Shown here piece by piece: positions 15,994-28,329 of a stretch of 64,000 nucleotides of DNA (the stretch's first letter is position 1; each line of letters begins with the position of its first letter). Location: the NCBI GenBank assembly GCA_045863395.1, contig BTVJ01000024.1, forward strand, positions 31,996 through 95,995. The letters run 5' to 3'. The position numbers and the translations under genes were made by a program. Below the pieces are notes generated by a model. That model was not told the origin of the DNA and ran no database searches. It saw nothing but the letters and a program-made list of their open reading frames with translations. This DNA is from Myxococcales bacterium. Lineage in GTDB: Bacteria; Myxococcota_A; UBA9042; JABWCM01; BTVJ01.

Positions 15994-16419
15994 TCAGGCG
16001 ATGCTCAGCAGGTAGGCGACCAGCACGGGCCAGAAGGACTGGAGGCTCCGGTCTTCGCAGAGCTCGATGCCGACGCGCCAGTCCGCCGTCCAGCCCTGTC
16101 GCACGCGGCTGAGGTGCACGGCCTTGCCCTTGAGGGCGTGCCGCCGCCCGCCGAGGTCGATGATGATGCTCACCATGTCCCCGACGGTGACGCGGCCGCC
16201 CTCCCAGAAGCGGAGCCGCAGGGACATGCCTCCGAGGGAGATGTCCTCGAGCGGTCGCTCCGAGATGCGCCACCCGGAGCCACCTGTCAGCTCCGCGGAG
16301 CCGGGTCGCTCCGGTGTCGGCTGGAGTCGTCGATAGCGGCGCTGCCCGGTGTCGTAGAGCACCGCCAGCGCGTCCTCCTGGTGCTTGAATTGGGGTGCAG
16401 CGTTCATGGGGGACCCCAT
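15994..16419 (-). CDS. PilZ domain protein
   Basis: QRRYRR and EDISLGGM c-di-GMP-binding motifs; VGIEL C-terminal strand. Confidence 0.75.
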   Translation of the reverse strand: MGSPMNAAPQFKHQEDALAVLYDTGQRRYRRLQPTPERPGSAELTGGSGWRISERPLEDISLGGMSLRLRFWEGGRVTVGDMVSIIIDLGGRRHALKGKAVHLSRVRQGWTADWRVGIELCEDRSLQSFWPVLVAYLLSIA

Positions 16420-16465
16420 CGGAAGGTCTCCGCGGGTCCATGAGCGAATTTTCGGCCCCCCCGGC

Positions 16466-17755
16466 TCAGACCCCTTCGAGGGCCTGCGCCAGGTCCGCAA
16501 TCACGTCCTGCGGGTGCTCGACGCCGACGGACAGCCGCACCATGCCGGGCGTGATGCCCAAGGCGGCCTGCTCCTCGGCGGGGACGTCCGCGTGGGTCAT
16601 GGTCGCCGGGTGCTCTGCCAGGCTCTCGGTGCCGCCCAGGCTCACCGCCAGCTTGACGAGCTGGAGGCCGTCGAGGAGCCGGAACGCCTCCGCCTCGCCT
16701 CCGTGCAATTCAAAGGAGAAGGTGCTCCCCGGCGAGCGGCACTGGCGCTGGTAGATGGCGTACTCGGGCTGCGACTCCTCCAGGAAGCCCAGGTAGCCCA
16801 CCTTCTTCACCTTGGGGTGCTCGGCGAGGAACTCGGCGATGTACCTGGCGTTCTTCATGGAGCTCGTCATGCGCAGCTTGAGCGTCTCCAGCGACCGCAT
16901 GAGGAGCCAGCCCGTGTGCGGGTCGCACATGGTGCCGAGGATGGTTCGCATCCCGCGGACCGGAGCGATCAGCGCCTCAGGCCCCAGGCAGGCGCCCGCG
17001 ATCACGTCGCTGTGCCCGCCCACGTACTTCGTCAGCGAGTAGACGACCAGGTCCGCGCCGTGGAGCAGGGGCTGCTGCCACAGGGGTCCGAGGAAGGTGT
17101 TGTCCACGATGAGCAGCGGCTTGCGGCCGGTCTCGGCGCCGAGCAGGGCGCACGCCTCCGCGCAGGCCGCCAGGTCCACGAGGCCGTTCGTGGGGTTGGC
17201 GGGGGTCTCGACGAAGACGACGCCGACCCGCCCGCGCTCCCGGGCCTCTCGGAGCGCCACGTCGAGGGCTCCCGGGGATGCTCCGGCGAGGAACCCGACG
17301 CGCTCCACCCCGAACTGGGGCAGCACGTTGTGCAGCAGGAACTCCGTGCCCCCATACACCGGGTCGCTGTGCACGACTACGTCGCCTGGCCTCAAGAAGC
17401 TGAGCAGCGTCGTTGAGATGGCCGCCATGCCGCTCGTGAAGACGAGGCCGCTCTCCGCCTCGTCCCACAGGGTCAGGCGGTCCTCCAGGATCTCCAGGTC
17501 CGGGTTGTTGAGGCGCGAGTAGATGAGGCCCGGCTCCTCGTGCGGGCGCTGCTCCCGCAGGCCGTAGGCCAGCTCGAAGAAGGCCTTGGCCTCGCTCGCC
17601 GAGCGGAAGGCGAAGGTGGACGTCTGGAACAGCGGGCACTTGACCGCGCCCTCGGACAGCCGGGGGTCGTAGCCGTAGCTCATCATCAGGGTCTCGGGGC
17701 GCAGCTTCTGACCGCCCACCACCCGATGACGGTAGCCCTTCTCCGGCTTGCTCAT
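16466..17755 (-). CDS. Cystathionine gamma-synthase / methionine gamma-lyase family PLP enzyme
   Basis: YSRLNNP, FTSGMAAI, ETPANP, VDNTF, SLTKYVGGHSD (PLP lysine), AVSLGGTESL. Confidence 0.92.
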   Translation of the reverse strand: MSKPEKGYRHRVVGGQKLRPETLMMSYGYDPRLSEGAVKCPLFQTSTFAFRSASEAKAFFELAYGLREQRPHEEPGLIYSRLNNPDLEILEDRLTLWDEAESGLVFTSGMAAISTTLLSFLRPGDVVVHSDPVYGGTEFLLHNVLPQFGVERVGFLAGASPGALDVALREARERGRVGVVFVETPANPTNGLVDLAACAEACALLGAETGRKPLLIVDNTFLGPLWQQPLLHGADLVVYSLTKYVGGHSDVIAGACLGPEALIAPVRGMRTILGTMCDPHTGWLLMRSLETLKLRMTSSMKNARYIAEFLAEHPKVKKVGYLGFLEESQPEYAIYQRQCRSPGSTFSFELHGGEAEAFRLLDGLQLVKLAVSLGGTESLAEHPATMTHADVPAEEQAALGITPGMVRLSVGVEHPQDVIADLAQALEGV

Positions 17756-18261
17756 CACGGGGCACCCCCGGGCTCGGCGTCGTGGGCGGGTCGCTCGCTG
17801 ACGATGAGGCCGTCCTCGTCGGCGTAGAGCCACGCTCCGGGCGTGAAGCGGACGCCCGCGAAGTGCAGCGGCACTGCGCGCTGCCCCTCCCCGTGCTTCA
17901 CGCTCTTCAGCGGGTGGGGGGCCAGCGCCAGGACGCCGAGGGGCAGCGAGCGCAGCGCCGACACGTCGCGCACGCAGCCGTTGATCACGACGCCGGTCCA
18001 CCCGTTGTGCGCCGCCAAGGCGCCGAGCTGGTCGCCGAGCAGGGCGCACCGCAGGGAGCCCCCGCCGTCCACCACCAGTACCCGTCCATCCCCCGGCTCC
18101 TCCAAGGCAGCGCGCACGAGCGAGTTGTCCTCGAACGCCTTGACCGTCGCGATGGGGCCCGCGAAGGCCGCGCGGCCGCCAAAGGAGCGCAGCACCGGGT
18201 CCGCCACCTGCACGCTCCCCGCGCTGGCGTCACACAAGTCGGTCGTCGTCCACGATTCCAT
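17755..18261 (-). CDS. rraA: RraA family protein (RNase E inhibitor / HMG aldolase)
   Basis: [42 protein letters not shown]. Confidence 0.92.
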   Translation of the reverse strand: MESWTTTDLCDASAGSVQVADPVLRSFGGRAAFAGPIATVKAFEDNSLVRAALEEPGDGRVLVVDGGGSLRCALLGDQLGALAAHNGWTGVVINGCVRDVSALRSLPLGVLALAPHPLKSVKHGEGQRAVPLHFAGVRFTPGAWLYADEDGLIVSERPAHDAEPGGAP

Positions 18262-18446
18262 CGGGCTCACCTCCTCCCGTTCTTGGGGGGGCGGACCCCA
18301 GGGTGAAGCCAGCGCCCCCGCGGCGCCCGCCACTGTAGCACGAAGGCGGGCGCCGCGGCGCGCTTGACCGCGCGCCCCGTCTCGCGGCACCCTGGCGCTG
18401 CAACCGAGGACCCCCGCACCAGGGCGCAAGAGCTTTCAGGAGTGAG

Positions 18447-19202
18447 ATGACACTCGTCGAGACCGTACAGGCACTGCGCGACAACTACGTACACCTGCTG
18501 CATGACCCCGCCACGGGCGCCACGGCCGCCATCGACCCGTCGGAGGCGGCGCCGGTGCTCACCGCGCTCGCGGCGAAGGGCTGGACCCTGACCCATGTGC
18601 TGTGCACGCACCACCACCCGGACCACACGGGCGGCAACGCGGCGCTCCGGGAGGCCACGGGCTGTGAGGTGGTCGGCGCGCGGGCGGACGCCGCCAGGAT
18701 CCCAGCGTTGACCGTGGCCGTGGACGACGGGGATCGGGTGCCGGTGGGCAGCGCGAGCGGGAGCGTCCTCACCATCCCGGGGCACACGAGCGGCCACATC
18801 GCGTACCACTTCGACGAGGGGCTGCTGTTCTGCGGCGACACCCTCTTCTCTCTGGGGTGCGGCCGCCTCTTCGAGGGGACGCCGGAGCAGATGTGGGCGA
18901 GCCTCTGCCGGCTCCGGGCGCTGCCGGGGGAGACGCGGGTCTACTGTGGCCACGAGTACACGCAGTCCAATGCCCGCTTCGCGCTGACCATCGAGCCACA
19001 GAACGAGGCGCTGCTGCGGCGCGTGGCGGAGGTGGAGCGGCTGCGGGCCGACGGGCGCCCCACCGTGCCGTCCGTGCTCGCGGAGGAGCGTGCCGCCAAC
19101 CCGTTCCTGCGCGCCGACGAGCCGGGTGTGCGTGCCGTGGTCGGGGGGGACTCCGACGTGCAGGTGTTCGCGGCGCTCCGGCGGCGAAAGGACGTGTTCT
19201 GA
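18447..19202 (+). CDS. gloB: Hydroxyacylglutathione hydrolase (glyoxalase II)
   Basis: DNYVHL, THHHPDHTGG, PGHTSGH, FCGDTLF, CGHEYT, ERAANPFLR. Confidence 0.95.
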   Translation: MTLVETVQALRDNYVHLLHDPATGATAAIDPSEAAPVLTALAAKGWTLTHVLCTHHHPDHTGGNAALREATGCEVVGARADAARIPALTVAVDDGDRVPVGSASGSVLTIPGHTSGHIAYHFDEGLLFCGDTLFSLGCGRLFEGTPEQMWASLCRLRALPGETRVYCGHEYTQSNARFALTIEPQNEALLRRVAEVERLRADGRPTVPSVLAEERAANPFLRADEPGVRAVVGGDSDVQVFAALRRRKDVF

Positions 19203-19302
19203 GGAGCGCGCGGCTGTTTTCAACCAATGATTGACCAGGGAGCGGACCGGGTCGAGGCGAACCGGACCGTAAGCGGCATGGGCGACCAAGGAGGCGATAT
19301 CC

Positions 19303-22580
<3,278 letters not shown>

Positions 22581-22651
22581 CTTTGGGGGAGAACCGGAAT
22601 CGCTCTGCGGGGCCAGGGCCATGCGAGTCCGTCGGACTCTGCGACCCGCGG

Positions 22652-23158
22652 TCACTCAGCCGCGACACGGTCCGCCGTGGCATCGAGAACGGCGGCGAAG
22701 TGTCTGAGGTCATTGACGGACGCGGCACCCACGGCGGTGTGGCTCCCAGCGACGGCGACGGGCTTCGTGGAGTCCAGCTCGACGACGAAGGCATCACGGA
22801 AGAAGTGGCGAAACCGAAGAAGATCACGGAGCCCCGCCTCTCGTGACGTGTTCATGATCGGCGGTCTGATTCCAGGGACGTCGAGCAAGGCTCCGGACAA
22901 CAGCTCGCCGTGCCACTCTGCACCCGATGGCACGAGATCGAAGAAGCGCTCAACCCGTTCGATGACGGCCTCGAACCCGGTGTACCACCGGTGCAGGTCG
23001 ACGGCGAGGACTGCTGCCAACGGGCGCTCATCTGGATGGTCGACGAGGGCGACCGCGTCCTTGTCGATTGCTGCGCCGACACGGTCGAGCACGTCCGCGT
23101 CTCGACGGATCTCCGCTGCCAGCAGCCTCAGCCTTCCCGGTGTCACTCCTCGCTCCAT
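22652..23158 (-). CDS. HepT-like HEPN ribonuclease toxin with an altered catalytic motif
   Basis: LHRWYTGFEAVIERV, PSGAEWHGELL, PGIRP, LLRFRHFFRDAFVVELD; directly downstream of an MNT gene. Confidence 0.8.
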   Translation of the reverse strand: MERGVTPGRLRLLAAEIRRDADVLDRVGAAIDKDAVALVDHPDERPLAAVLAVDLHRWYTGFEAVIERVERFFDLVPSGAEWHGELLSGALLDVPGIRPPIMNTSREAGLRDLLRFRHFFRDAFVVELDSTKPVAVAGSHTAVGAASVNDLRHFAAVLDATADRVAAE

Positions 23159-23502
23159 AGAACGACTCCTTCGTTCACGATGCGGTCCCACAGGTCTGCG
23201 TTCACCTCCTCCAGCCGAATCAGGTCCACGTGGTCCGTGCCGAGCGCCCGGCAGGCTGCGTCCAGGGCACGCCAGTAGCTCTCCGCAGGAAAGCCGACCG
23301 CGGCGAGGTCTACGTCCGACGCTGCGTGCGCCTGCCCCCAGGCCAGAGAACCGAAGAGGCACACGCGGGAAGCGCCGAACGCCGTGAGGGCATCTGCGGC
23401 GCTGCGACATCGTGTGCGGAGGCCGTCGACACGGCGCTCCTGTTGTGCGCGCCGTTGGCGCTCCATGGTGACAAACTGGGACAGGTAGCGATCCACGTCC
23501 AT
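23143..23502 (-). CDS. Minimal nucleotidyltransferase (MNT/MntA-type antitoxin)
   Basis: RVCLFGSLAWG-x5-SDVDLA (GS-x10-DxD) and VDLIRLE; overlaps the HEPN gene start. Confidence 0.85.
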   Translation of the reverse strand: MDVDRYLSQFVTMERQRRAQQERRVDGLRTRCRSAADALTAFGASRVCLFGSLAWGQAHAASDVDLAAVGFPAESYWRALDAACRALGTDHVDLIRLEEVNADLWDRIVNEGVVLWSEE

Positions 23503-23760
23503 GGGCCCATCGCAGCCCAAGTTGCCGGGCACCTCAACCGGGCACGAGAGCGGAGCGGCGCCGTGTTCGTCGGGGGGCTACGCGAAGTGGTGCTGCCCGT
23601 CGGGATGGAGCGGTGATCGGTCAGATCGACGAGCCTGACGTTGTCCAGCTCGTTCGAGGTCTGGAAACAGATACTGACATCGCTGCTGTGGTTGCGCACG
23701 GTGTCTCGTCCACAGGACACCTGTGCCGGGGTCGCTCATGACGAGCTCACGAACAGAGGA

Positions 23761-25194
23761 TCATGGGACAGCGCGAAGCTCATGCTGCGTGGCCAGGTCG
23801 CGCGCCACGAAGTACAGCACGTCTCCCGCGGAGACCGCCTCCCGGACGGCCGAGTCTGCCTCGTCGCGCGCGGAGAACAAGGCCAAAATGGGCTCGCCGC
23901 GGCCGTCGAGCTCGGCGGCGACGCGGGCCGCCCTCGACCGCAGACTCCGTAGATCGTGGTGCGTCACCTCTCCCCACTTGCACTCTGCAACGAGGACGCG
24001 CCCGTCCCCGTCCACGGCGACGACGTCAACCTGATCCCGCGAGTCCGAGTCCCACCACTCTCCGACGCGGAGCGGCCATATCGGGAGGCCCTCGCCCCGA
24101 CGCACGAACTCTCGACATGCCTCCTCGAACACGGGCCCGAGGTGCTCCGACAGTCGAACGGAGACCGACTCATCCCAAAGGCGCCGGGGCTCGACGAGGC
24201 CGATGCTCCCCGCGTGGAGGAGGGGCGCGATCCGCCCGTGCCACAGGGTGATGTAGGGATCCGTGATGCGGTGGAGGGCCCGTTTGGACCGGCGGGGATC
24301 CTTGTCCGTGATGGGGGCCACCCGCTGCACGAGCCCCATCTCCTCCAGCCATCGAAGAGGCCTCTGGAGGGAGCCACCGCTCTGACCGACACGCCTCGCG
24401 ATCCCGCTCCAGGTCCGGTCACCTGTCGCGATGGCCTCGAGGATGGAGTAGTGGACGCGCCCGTCCCCGACAAACGCGTCCAGCATGTGCTGAGCGTCGT
24501 CGACCAGGGGGCCGGACGGGTCCAGCAGCGCGGCGGAGGCGTTCTCCGCGACGCTCAGGGCCGGATCGATGAGCGCCAGGTGGCCCGGCAGGTTGCCGAA
24601 GAGCCCGTAGGCCGTGAGCTGGTCGAGGGGGGCGTAGCTGGGCATGAACCCCGTGGCTTCCTGAAAGGCAAAGGGGCCAAGAGCCAGACGCGCAGTCCGG
24701 CGACCATAGAGGGGCTGGTCCGCGCCCTCGAGGGCCCGCATCGCGCTGACGAACGACCCGCTCAGCACGACCTTCAGCCGGCTGCCGGCCCAGTCGTGAT
24801 CCCAGGCGCTCTGGAGGATGGACGGAAGTGCGGGGGTCGCCCCCACCAGATACGGGAGCTCGTCGAGGACCACGAGCAGCGGCTCGCTCCGGGCTCGCTC
24901 GGTCAGGTAGCCGAGGAGCGCCTCCCAGGACGGGAACGGGACGCCCTGCTTGAGCACCCCGTCGTCGAAGCGGTCCCCGACGATGCGGCTCAGGTGCGCG
25001 AGCTGCTCTGGCTCGGTGCGCCGAGTCGCCTGGTAGTACAGACCGCCGACCGCGCGAGCAAAGCGTGCGAGGACGAAGCTCTTTCCAACGCGCCGCCGCC
25101 CCAGCACAAACACGAGCTGTGGGCGGTCCTTGCGCCACATGGTCTCCAGCGTCCGCCACTCGGCATCCCTGTCGATGATCTCGGCGGGCTTCAT
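23761..25194 (-). CDS. ATP-binding protein (archaeal-type AAA ATPase, wHTH, DUF234 and C-terminal PD-(D/E)xK nuclease-like domain)
   Basis: IIDRDAE, Walker A GRRRVGKS, Walker B VVLDELPYL, LSGS, PLYGRRT, ITDPY, FEEACRE, GEWW, QVDVVA...VAECKW; RBS AAGGAAGG. Confidence 0.9.
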   Translation of the reverse strand: MKPAEIIDRDAEWRTLETMWRKDRPQLVFVLGRRRVGKSFVLARFARAVGGLYYQATRRTEPEQLAHLSRIVGDRFDDGVLKQGVPFPSWEALLGYLTERARSEPLLVVLDELPYLVGATPALPSILQSAWDHDWAGSRLKVVLSGSFVSAMRALEGADQPLYGRRTARLALGPFAFQEATGFMPSYAPLDQLTAYGLFGNLPGHLALIDPALSVAENASAALLDPSGPLVDDAQHMLDAFVGDGRVHYSILEAIATGDRTWSGIARRVGQSGGSLQRPLRWLEEMGLVQRVAPITDKDPRRSKRALHRITDPYITLWHGRIAPLLHAGSIGLVEPRRLWDESVSVRLSEHLGPVFEEACREFVRRGEGLPIWPLRVGEWWDSDSRDQVDVVAVDGDGRVLVAECKWGEVTHHDLRSLRSRAARVAAELDGRGEPILALFSARDEADSAVREAVSAGDVLYFVARDLATQHELRAVP

Positions 25195-25366
25195 GCGGGA
25201 CACCTTCCTTGGACGCTGATGACTCTTCACCCCGTGCCCACCCTCGGTGGGAGCGCCGTCGAAGAGCCAGCGGTGGAAGTTCCACCGGTGGAAGTTCCAC
25301 CGGTGGGACTTCCACCGGTGGAAGCTACAGCACGAGCGAACCCCGATCAAACAGCGCTCCGACCAA
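24531..25366. repeat. ~0.8-kb direct repeat, copy 1 (copy 2 at 63145-63950)
   Basis: Near-identical sequence at an offset of 38614 bp, differing mainly by two 15-bp repeat units. Confidence 0.93.
25271..25330. repeat. Tandem palindromic 15-bp array (CGGTGGAAGTTCCAC x4) upstream of the ATPase gene
   Basis: Units at 25271, 25286, 25301 (2 mismatches) and 25316 (degenerate); unit junctions form the palindrome TTCCACCGGTGGAA. Confidence 0.9.
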
Positions 25367-25547
25367 TTCGCCGAGCTGACCTGTGTTGCTGGCCCGTGTC
25401 CCTGTTGCGTTGTACGCCCCGCGCCGGGACTCGTTGCATCGACGCTGTCAGTGGGCCGGGGGGAAGCAGCCTGTGCGAGGATGGGGGCTGGGTGACGGCG
25501 GTCGGCTGTGGGCGTGAGTCCTTGTGGGGTCGTGGCTGGGACTGCGG

Positions 25548-25830
25548 TCAGGCGGTCCAGCCTTCGGGGGTTCTCCAAATGGCGCCGAGTGTGTGGAGCT
25601 TGGTGAGGGTGGCTTCGAGGTGCTGGTCTGCGGTAGCGAGGAGCTCCTGGAGGTGGCGGCGTGAGACGGGGCCGTCCTGGACCCGGAGCTGCTCGACGAG
25701 GCGGTCATCGAGGGTGGGGGGCTTCGAAGTCGGCTGCGATGAGGCGGGGGGGGGCGGCGGCCAGACAGAGGGAGACAGGCTCGGTGGGGGGTGACGCGAT
25801 GCCGTGCTGCGAGCATGACGGTCGCTTCCG
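25548..25830 (-). pseudogene. Decayed 3' remnant of an AAA ATPase gene with a C-terminal winged helix
   Basis: Fragments in different frames: EPVSLCLAAAPPRL then TLDDRLVEQLRVQDGPVSRRHLQELL...LGAIWRTPEGW; no start; poly-G tracts. Similar G-rich sequence near 63100-63140. Confidence 0.4.
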
Positions 25831-26056
25831 TGCGGGTGAGGAGGAGGGAGGAGTCCGCCCAGGCGAGCAGGTCGTGCGCGCCACGCGGTGCGGCGCGGTG
25901 ATCGGGTGGACTGCCGCCGGTCCGGGCGTGGTGACCTCATACATCCGTTCGCCAATGGTCGAGCTAGCGTGACGGCCGACGCCCCCCAACACGGCGGCAC
26001 GGTCTTGCGCCGCACGATGTTACCAGCTAACATCCGGCAGGGATGCCGAGGTGAGG

Positions 26057-26383
26057 ATGGCGGGCCGGAAGAAGAACCCGAAGCTGGACAAGGCGACCCT
26101 GCTCCAGCGTGTGCGGGCCGCCATCGCGACCGGCGAGTACCGCATCCTTCCCCACGCCCGCCAACGGTGCACCGAGCGGCACGTGTCGGCACCTGACATC
26201 GAGAACGCCCTGGAGGCGGGGCACCACGTTCCCCGGCGGGATCGGTACGACGAGCCCACCGGGTCGTGGAGCTATTGCTGCGAGGGTCCGTCGGTAGACG
26301 GCGACCTGCTTCGGGTCATCGTCGCGTTCGAGGACTGGATGCTTATGGTGACCGTCGTCCGGCTCGGCGGTGAGGAGGACTGA
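26057..26383 (+). CDS. DUF4258 (RelE/BrnT-like) toxin
   Basis: YRILPHARQRCTERHVS..DIENAL; WSYCCEG..VDGDLLRVIVAF..LMVTVV. Confidence 0.8.
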   Translation: MAGRKKNPKLDKATLLQRVRAAIATGEYRILPHARQRCTERHVSAPDIENALEAGHHVPRRDRYDEPTGSWSYCCEGPSVDGDLLRVIVAFEDWMLMVTVVRLGGEED

Positions 26384-26385
26384 GC

Positions 26386-26820
26386 ATGGCCAACGTCGTG
26401 TACGAGGAGCTTGGGTTTCCGATCCTCCTGCTGGACCCACCGATGGTCGAGGTTCGGGGCCACCAGGTGCCGGACCTGAACCTGCGGGAGCTTCAAGAGG
26501 CCGTCTTCCGGCTCCTCATCGTGAAGCCGGCCCGGCTCACCGGCGCCGAAGTCCGGTTCATCCGCAAGCACCTCCGGATGCGACAGGCCGATCTGGCCCG
26601 GGTGCTCAACATGGCGAACCACTCGGTCGTGTCGCAGTGGGAGGGCCGTGAGGACCAGTTCACCGGGATGGAGTACAACACCGAGGTGCTGCTCCGCGTC
26701 TGGATGGCGGCGAAGGTCGGGATGACCGACCAACTCCTGAACCTCCTGGAGGCGAAACTCAAGGACCTGGCCCCGGCCTCGGGTGAGCCGATGGCGGTCG
26801 AGCTTCCCCACGCGGCCTGA
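26386..26820 (+). CDS. XRE-family HTH antitoxin (MqsA/HigA-like)
   Basis: LTGAEVRFIRKHLRMRQADLARVLNMANHSVVSQWE; 2 nt downstream of the toxin; RBS GGAGG. Confidence 0.82.
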   Translation: MANVVYEELGFPILLLDPPMVEVRGHQVPDLNLRELQEAVFRLLIVKPARLTGAEVRFIRKHLRMRQADLARVLNMANHSVVSQWEGREDQFTGMEYNTEVLLRVWMAAKVGMTDQLLNLLEAKLKDLAPASGEPMAVELPHAA

Positions 26821-26982
26821 GTGCCGTATCCCGAGCGCAAGCCCTGTCTGAACGTCCCCAGCAAGTCCCCCGGCAGAGAGAGACGAGGAAGCGGCCCCGC
26901 CGGCGCCGTGATCACGTCGCGATCAGCGGCGCCGATGCAGGTCCCCCAAGATGCTGAAAGGAATGGTGAAATGGAAAAGGGT

Positions 26983-27007
26983 AGTGGAGGCGCCGGGAGT
27001 CGAACCC
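26983..27007 (-). repeat. att core, left end: tmRNA (ssrA)-type 3' fragment
   Basis: AGTGGAGGCGCCGGGAGTCGAACCC is identical to 60782-60806; the minus strand reads GGG-TTCGACT-CCCGG-CGCCTCC-A-CT (T-loop, acceptor 3' strand with U70, discriminator A). Confidence 0.88.
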
Positions 27008-27091
27008 TCCAAATCCGTCCTCCTTACCTGAGTCGGCTTTCGCCTTGCGTGTCGGGCGTTTAGCCTCGCGCCGAGGCCGCCTGACGAGGGA

Positions 27092-28318
27092 TCACGAGGG
27101 CTCAATCGGCGCCATTTGGTGTCCAGCCTGTGTCCGTGGCGTGTCCGAGATCCGGGGCGCCGGGCCTGCCCCATTGGGCTCCAGCAGATCGAGGGCAAAC
27201 ACCCATCCCGGGCCGTTCTTGTTCCGGTCATAGACCGAGATCGCCGGGTCGGCCTTGGGGAGGAGCACCTTCCCGCACTCGACGGCCACGGAGTTCGGCA
27301 CGGCCGGGAAGACGTGAATCCGCACGCCTGCGCCATGAACACGCCGGATGTCGTGAAGCGCCTGACGGAAGAGCCCGGCGAACTGGGCCAGCAGCCCGCG
27401 AGTCCTCACGAAGTCGGCCTGGGGTCGGCTCGCCGTGATGCGCCAGATAGGGACGCAGCCGGGTGGAGAGGCAAGGACCTCCTCGTCGTGAACCACGCCG
27501 CTGACGGACAAGACAAGCGCCACGTCGGGCGCGTCACCTGCGCAGTCCTCCGGCGGGTCGAGGGTGAAGCCGTCTCCGCCCTCTCCGGGCGCATCCTGCC
27601 ACGCCCAGGTGTCGGGGACTCGGAGCTTCTGGAAGACGTGGACGGAGGCGATGTCCCCGAGGGCTCGCCCCAGCACCATCAGGAGGGGGATCGGGGCAAG
27701 CGCGAACACCGAGATCGAGGTCGGAGTCGGGTTCCCGAGCGAGGCTCGAAGGGCATCGCGGACCTGGCGAACGATCTCCCCAGCAGTGAAGCTCCAGAAC
27801 TGCGGTTCGTCATCGCGCACGGCCAGGGTGGTCAGGTCGATCGTGAAGTCCCCGCGCTCGGGGTACAGCAAGAGCGGCAGCATCGCCGTCCGCGCCATGT
27901 CCCTCGACACGACGGTCGCCCGTCCTCCGATGTTGGCCTTCACGAAGACGAGCTTCGTCTTGTGGGTTGCCTGCATGTCGAGCAGGTTCGCCACCCGCAC
28001 TTCGTGCTCGCGCTTGAACCGCAGAAGCAGATCCTCGGGGTGCTCCTCTACGGCATCCACGTCGATGAGCCGGTGGTGGTCGAGGCAGAGCAGCATCAGG
28101 TTGGTGATGGCCTGGGCGAGTTCGGCCGACCTCGTCGCGTGTCCTCGCGGGCCTTTCGGGCTGTCGGCGACGATGTGGGCGAAGACCGACCTGTTCATGT
28201 CCCGCTCGGTCAGCTCGTCCACGTCCAGGCGCTTGTTGCAGCCTGGATACTCGCACCGGCCACCCGCTCGTCCGACGAGGGCGAGCTTCACGCTCGGGGA
28301 GATGTAGCTGCTCGACAT
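27092..28318 (-). CDS. cap5: CBASS effector, HNH-SAVED nuclease (Cap5-type)
   Basis: N-terminal CEYPGC...AHIVADSPKGPRG...NLMLLCLDHHRLID (HNH/Zn); SAVED motifs SVFALAPIPLLMVLG, LSVSG, IHVFPAVPNSVAVECG; 11 bp downstream of the CD-NTase. Confidence 0.92.
   Translation of the reverse strand: MSSSYISPSVKLALVGRAGGRCEYPGCNKRLDVDELTERDMNRSVFAHIVADSPKGPRGHATRSAELAQAITNLMLLCLDHHRLIDVDAVEEHPEDLLLRFKREHEVRVANLLDMQATHKTKLVFVKANIGGRATVVSRDMARTAMLPLLLYPERGDFTIDLTTLAVRDDEPQFWSFTAGEIVRQVRDALRASLGNPTPTSISVFALAPIPLLMVLGRALGDIASVHVFQKLRVPDTWAWQDAPGEGGDGFTLDPPEDCAGDAPDVALVLSVSGVVHDEEVLASPPGCVPIWRITASRPQADFVRTRGLLAQFAGLFRQALHDIRRVHGAGVRIHVFPAVPNSVAVECGKVLLPKADPAISVYDRNKNGPGWVFALDLLEPNGAGPAPRISDTPRTQAGHQMAPIEPS
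27119..27146 (+). repeat. Putative integrase arm-binding sites (GTGTCC x3, 11-bp period)
   Basis: GTGTCC at 27119, 27130 and 27141; the same motif occurs at 60709 and 60720, inverted at 60735. Confidence 0.65.
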
Positions 28319-28329
28319 GACCGTGTGGG

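Noticed and set aside
22583..22605. Third degenerate att copy after nhaA (TGGGGGAGAACCGGAATCG)
   Set aside because: Too many mismatches to the 25-bp core to distinguish from chance, although it lies at the backbone/accessory boundary.
25271..25330. CRISPR array
   Set aside because: The 15-bp units are contiguous with no spacers, and no cas genes are present.
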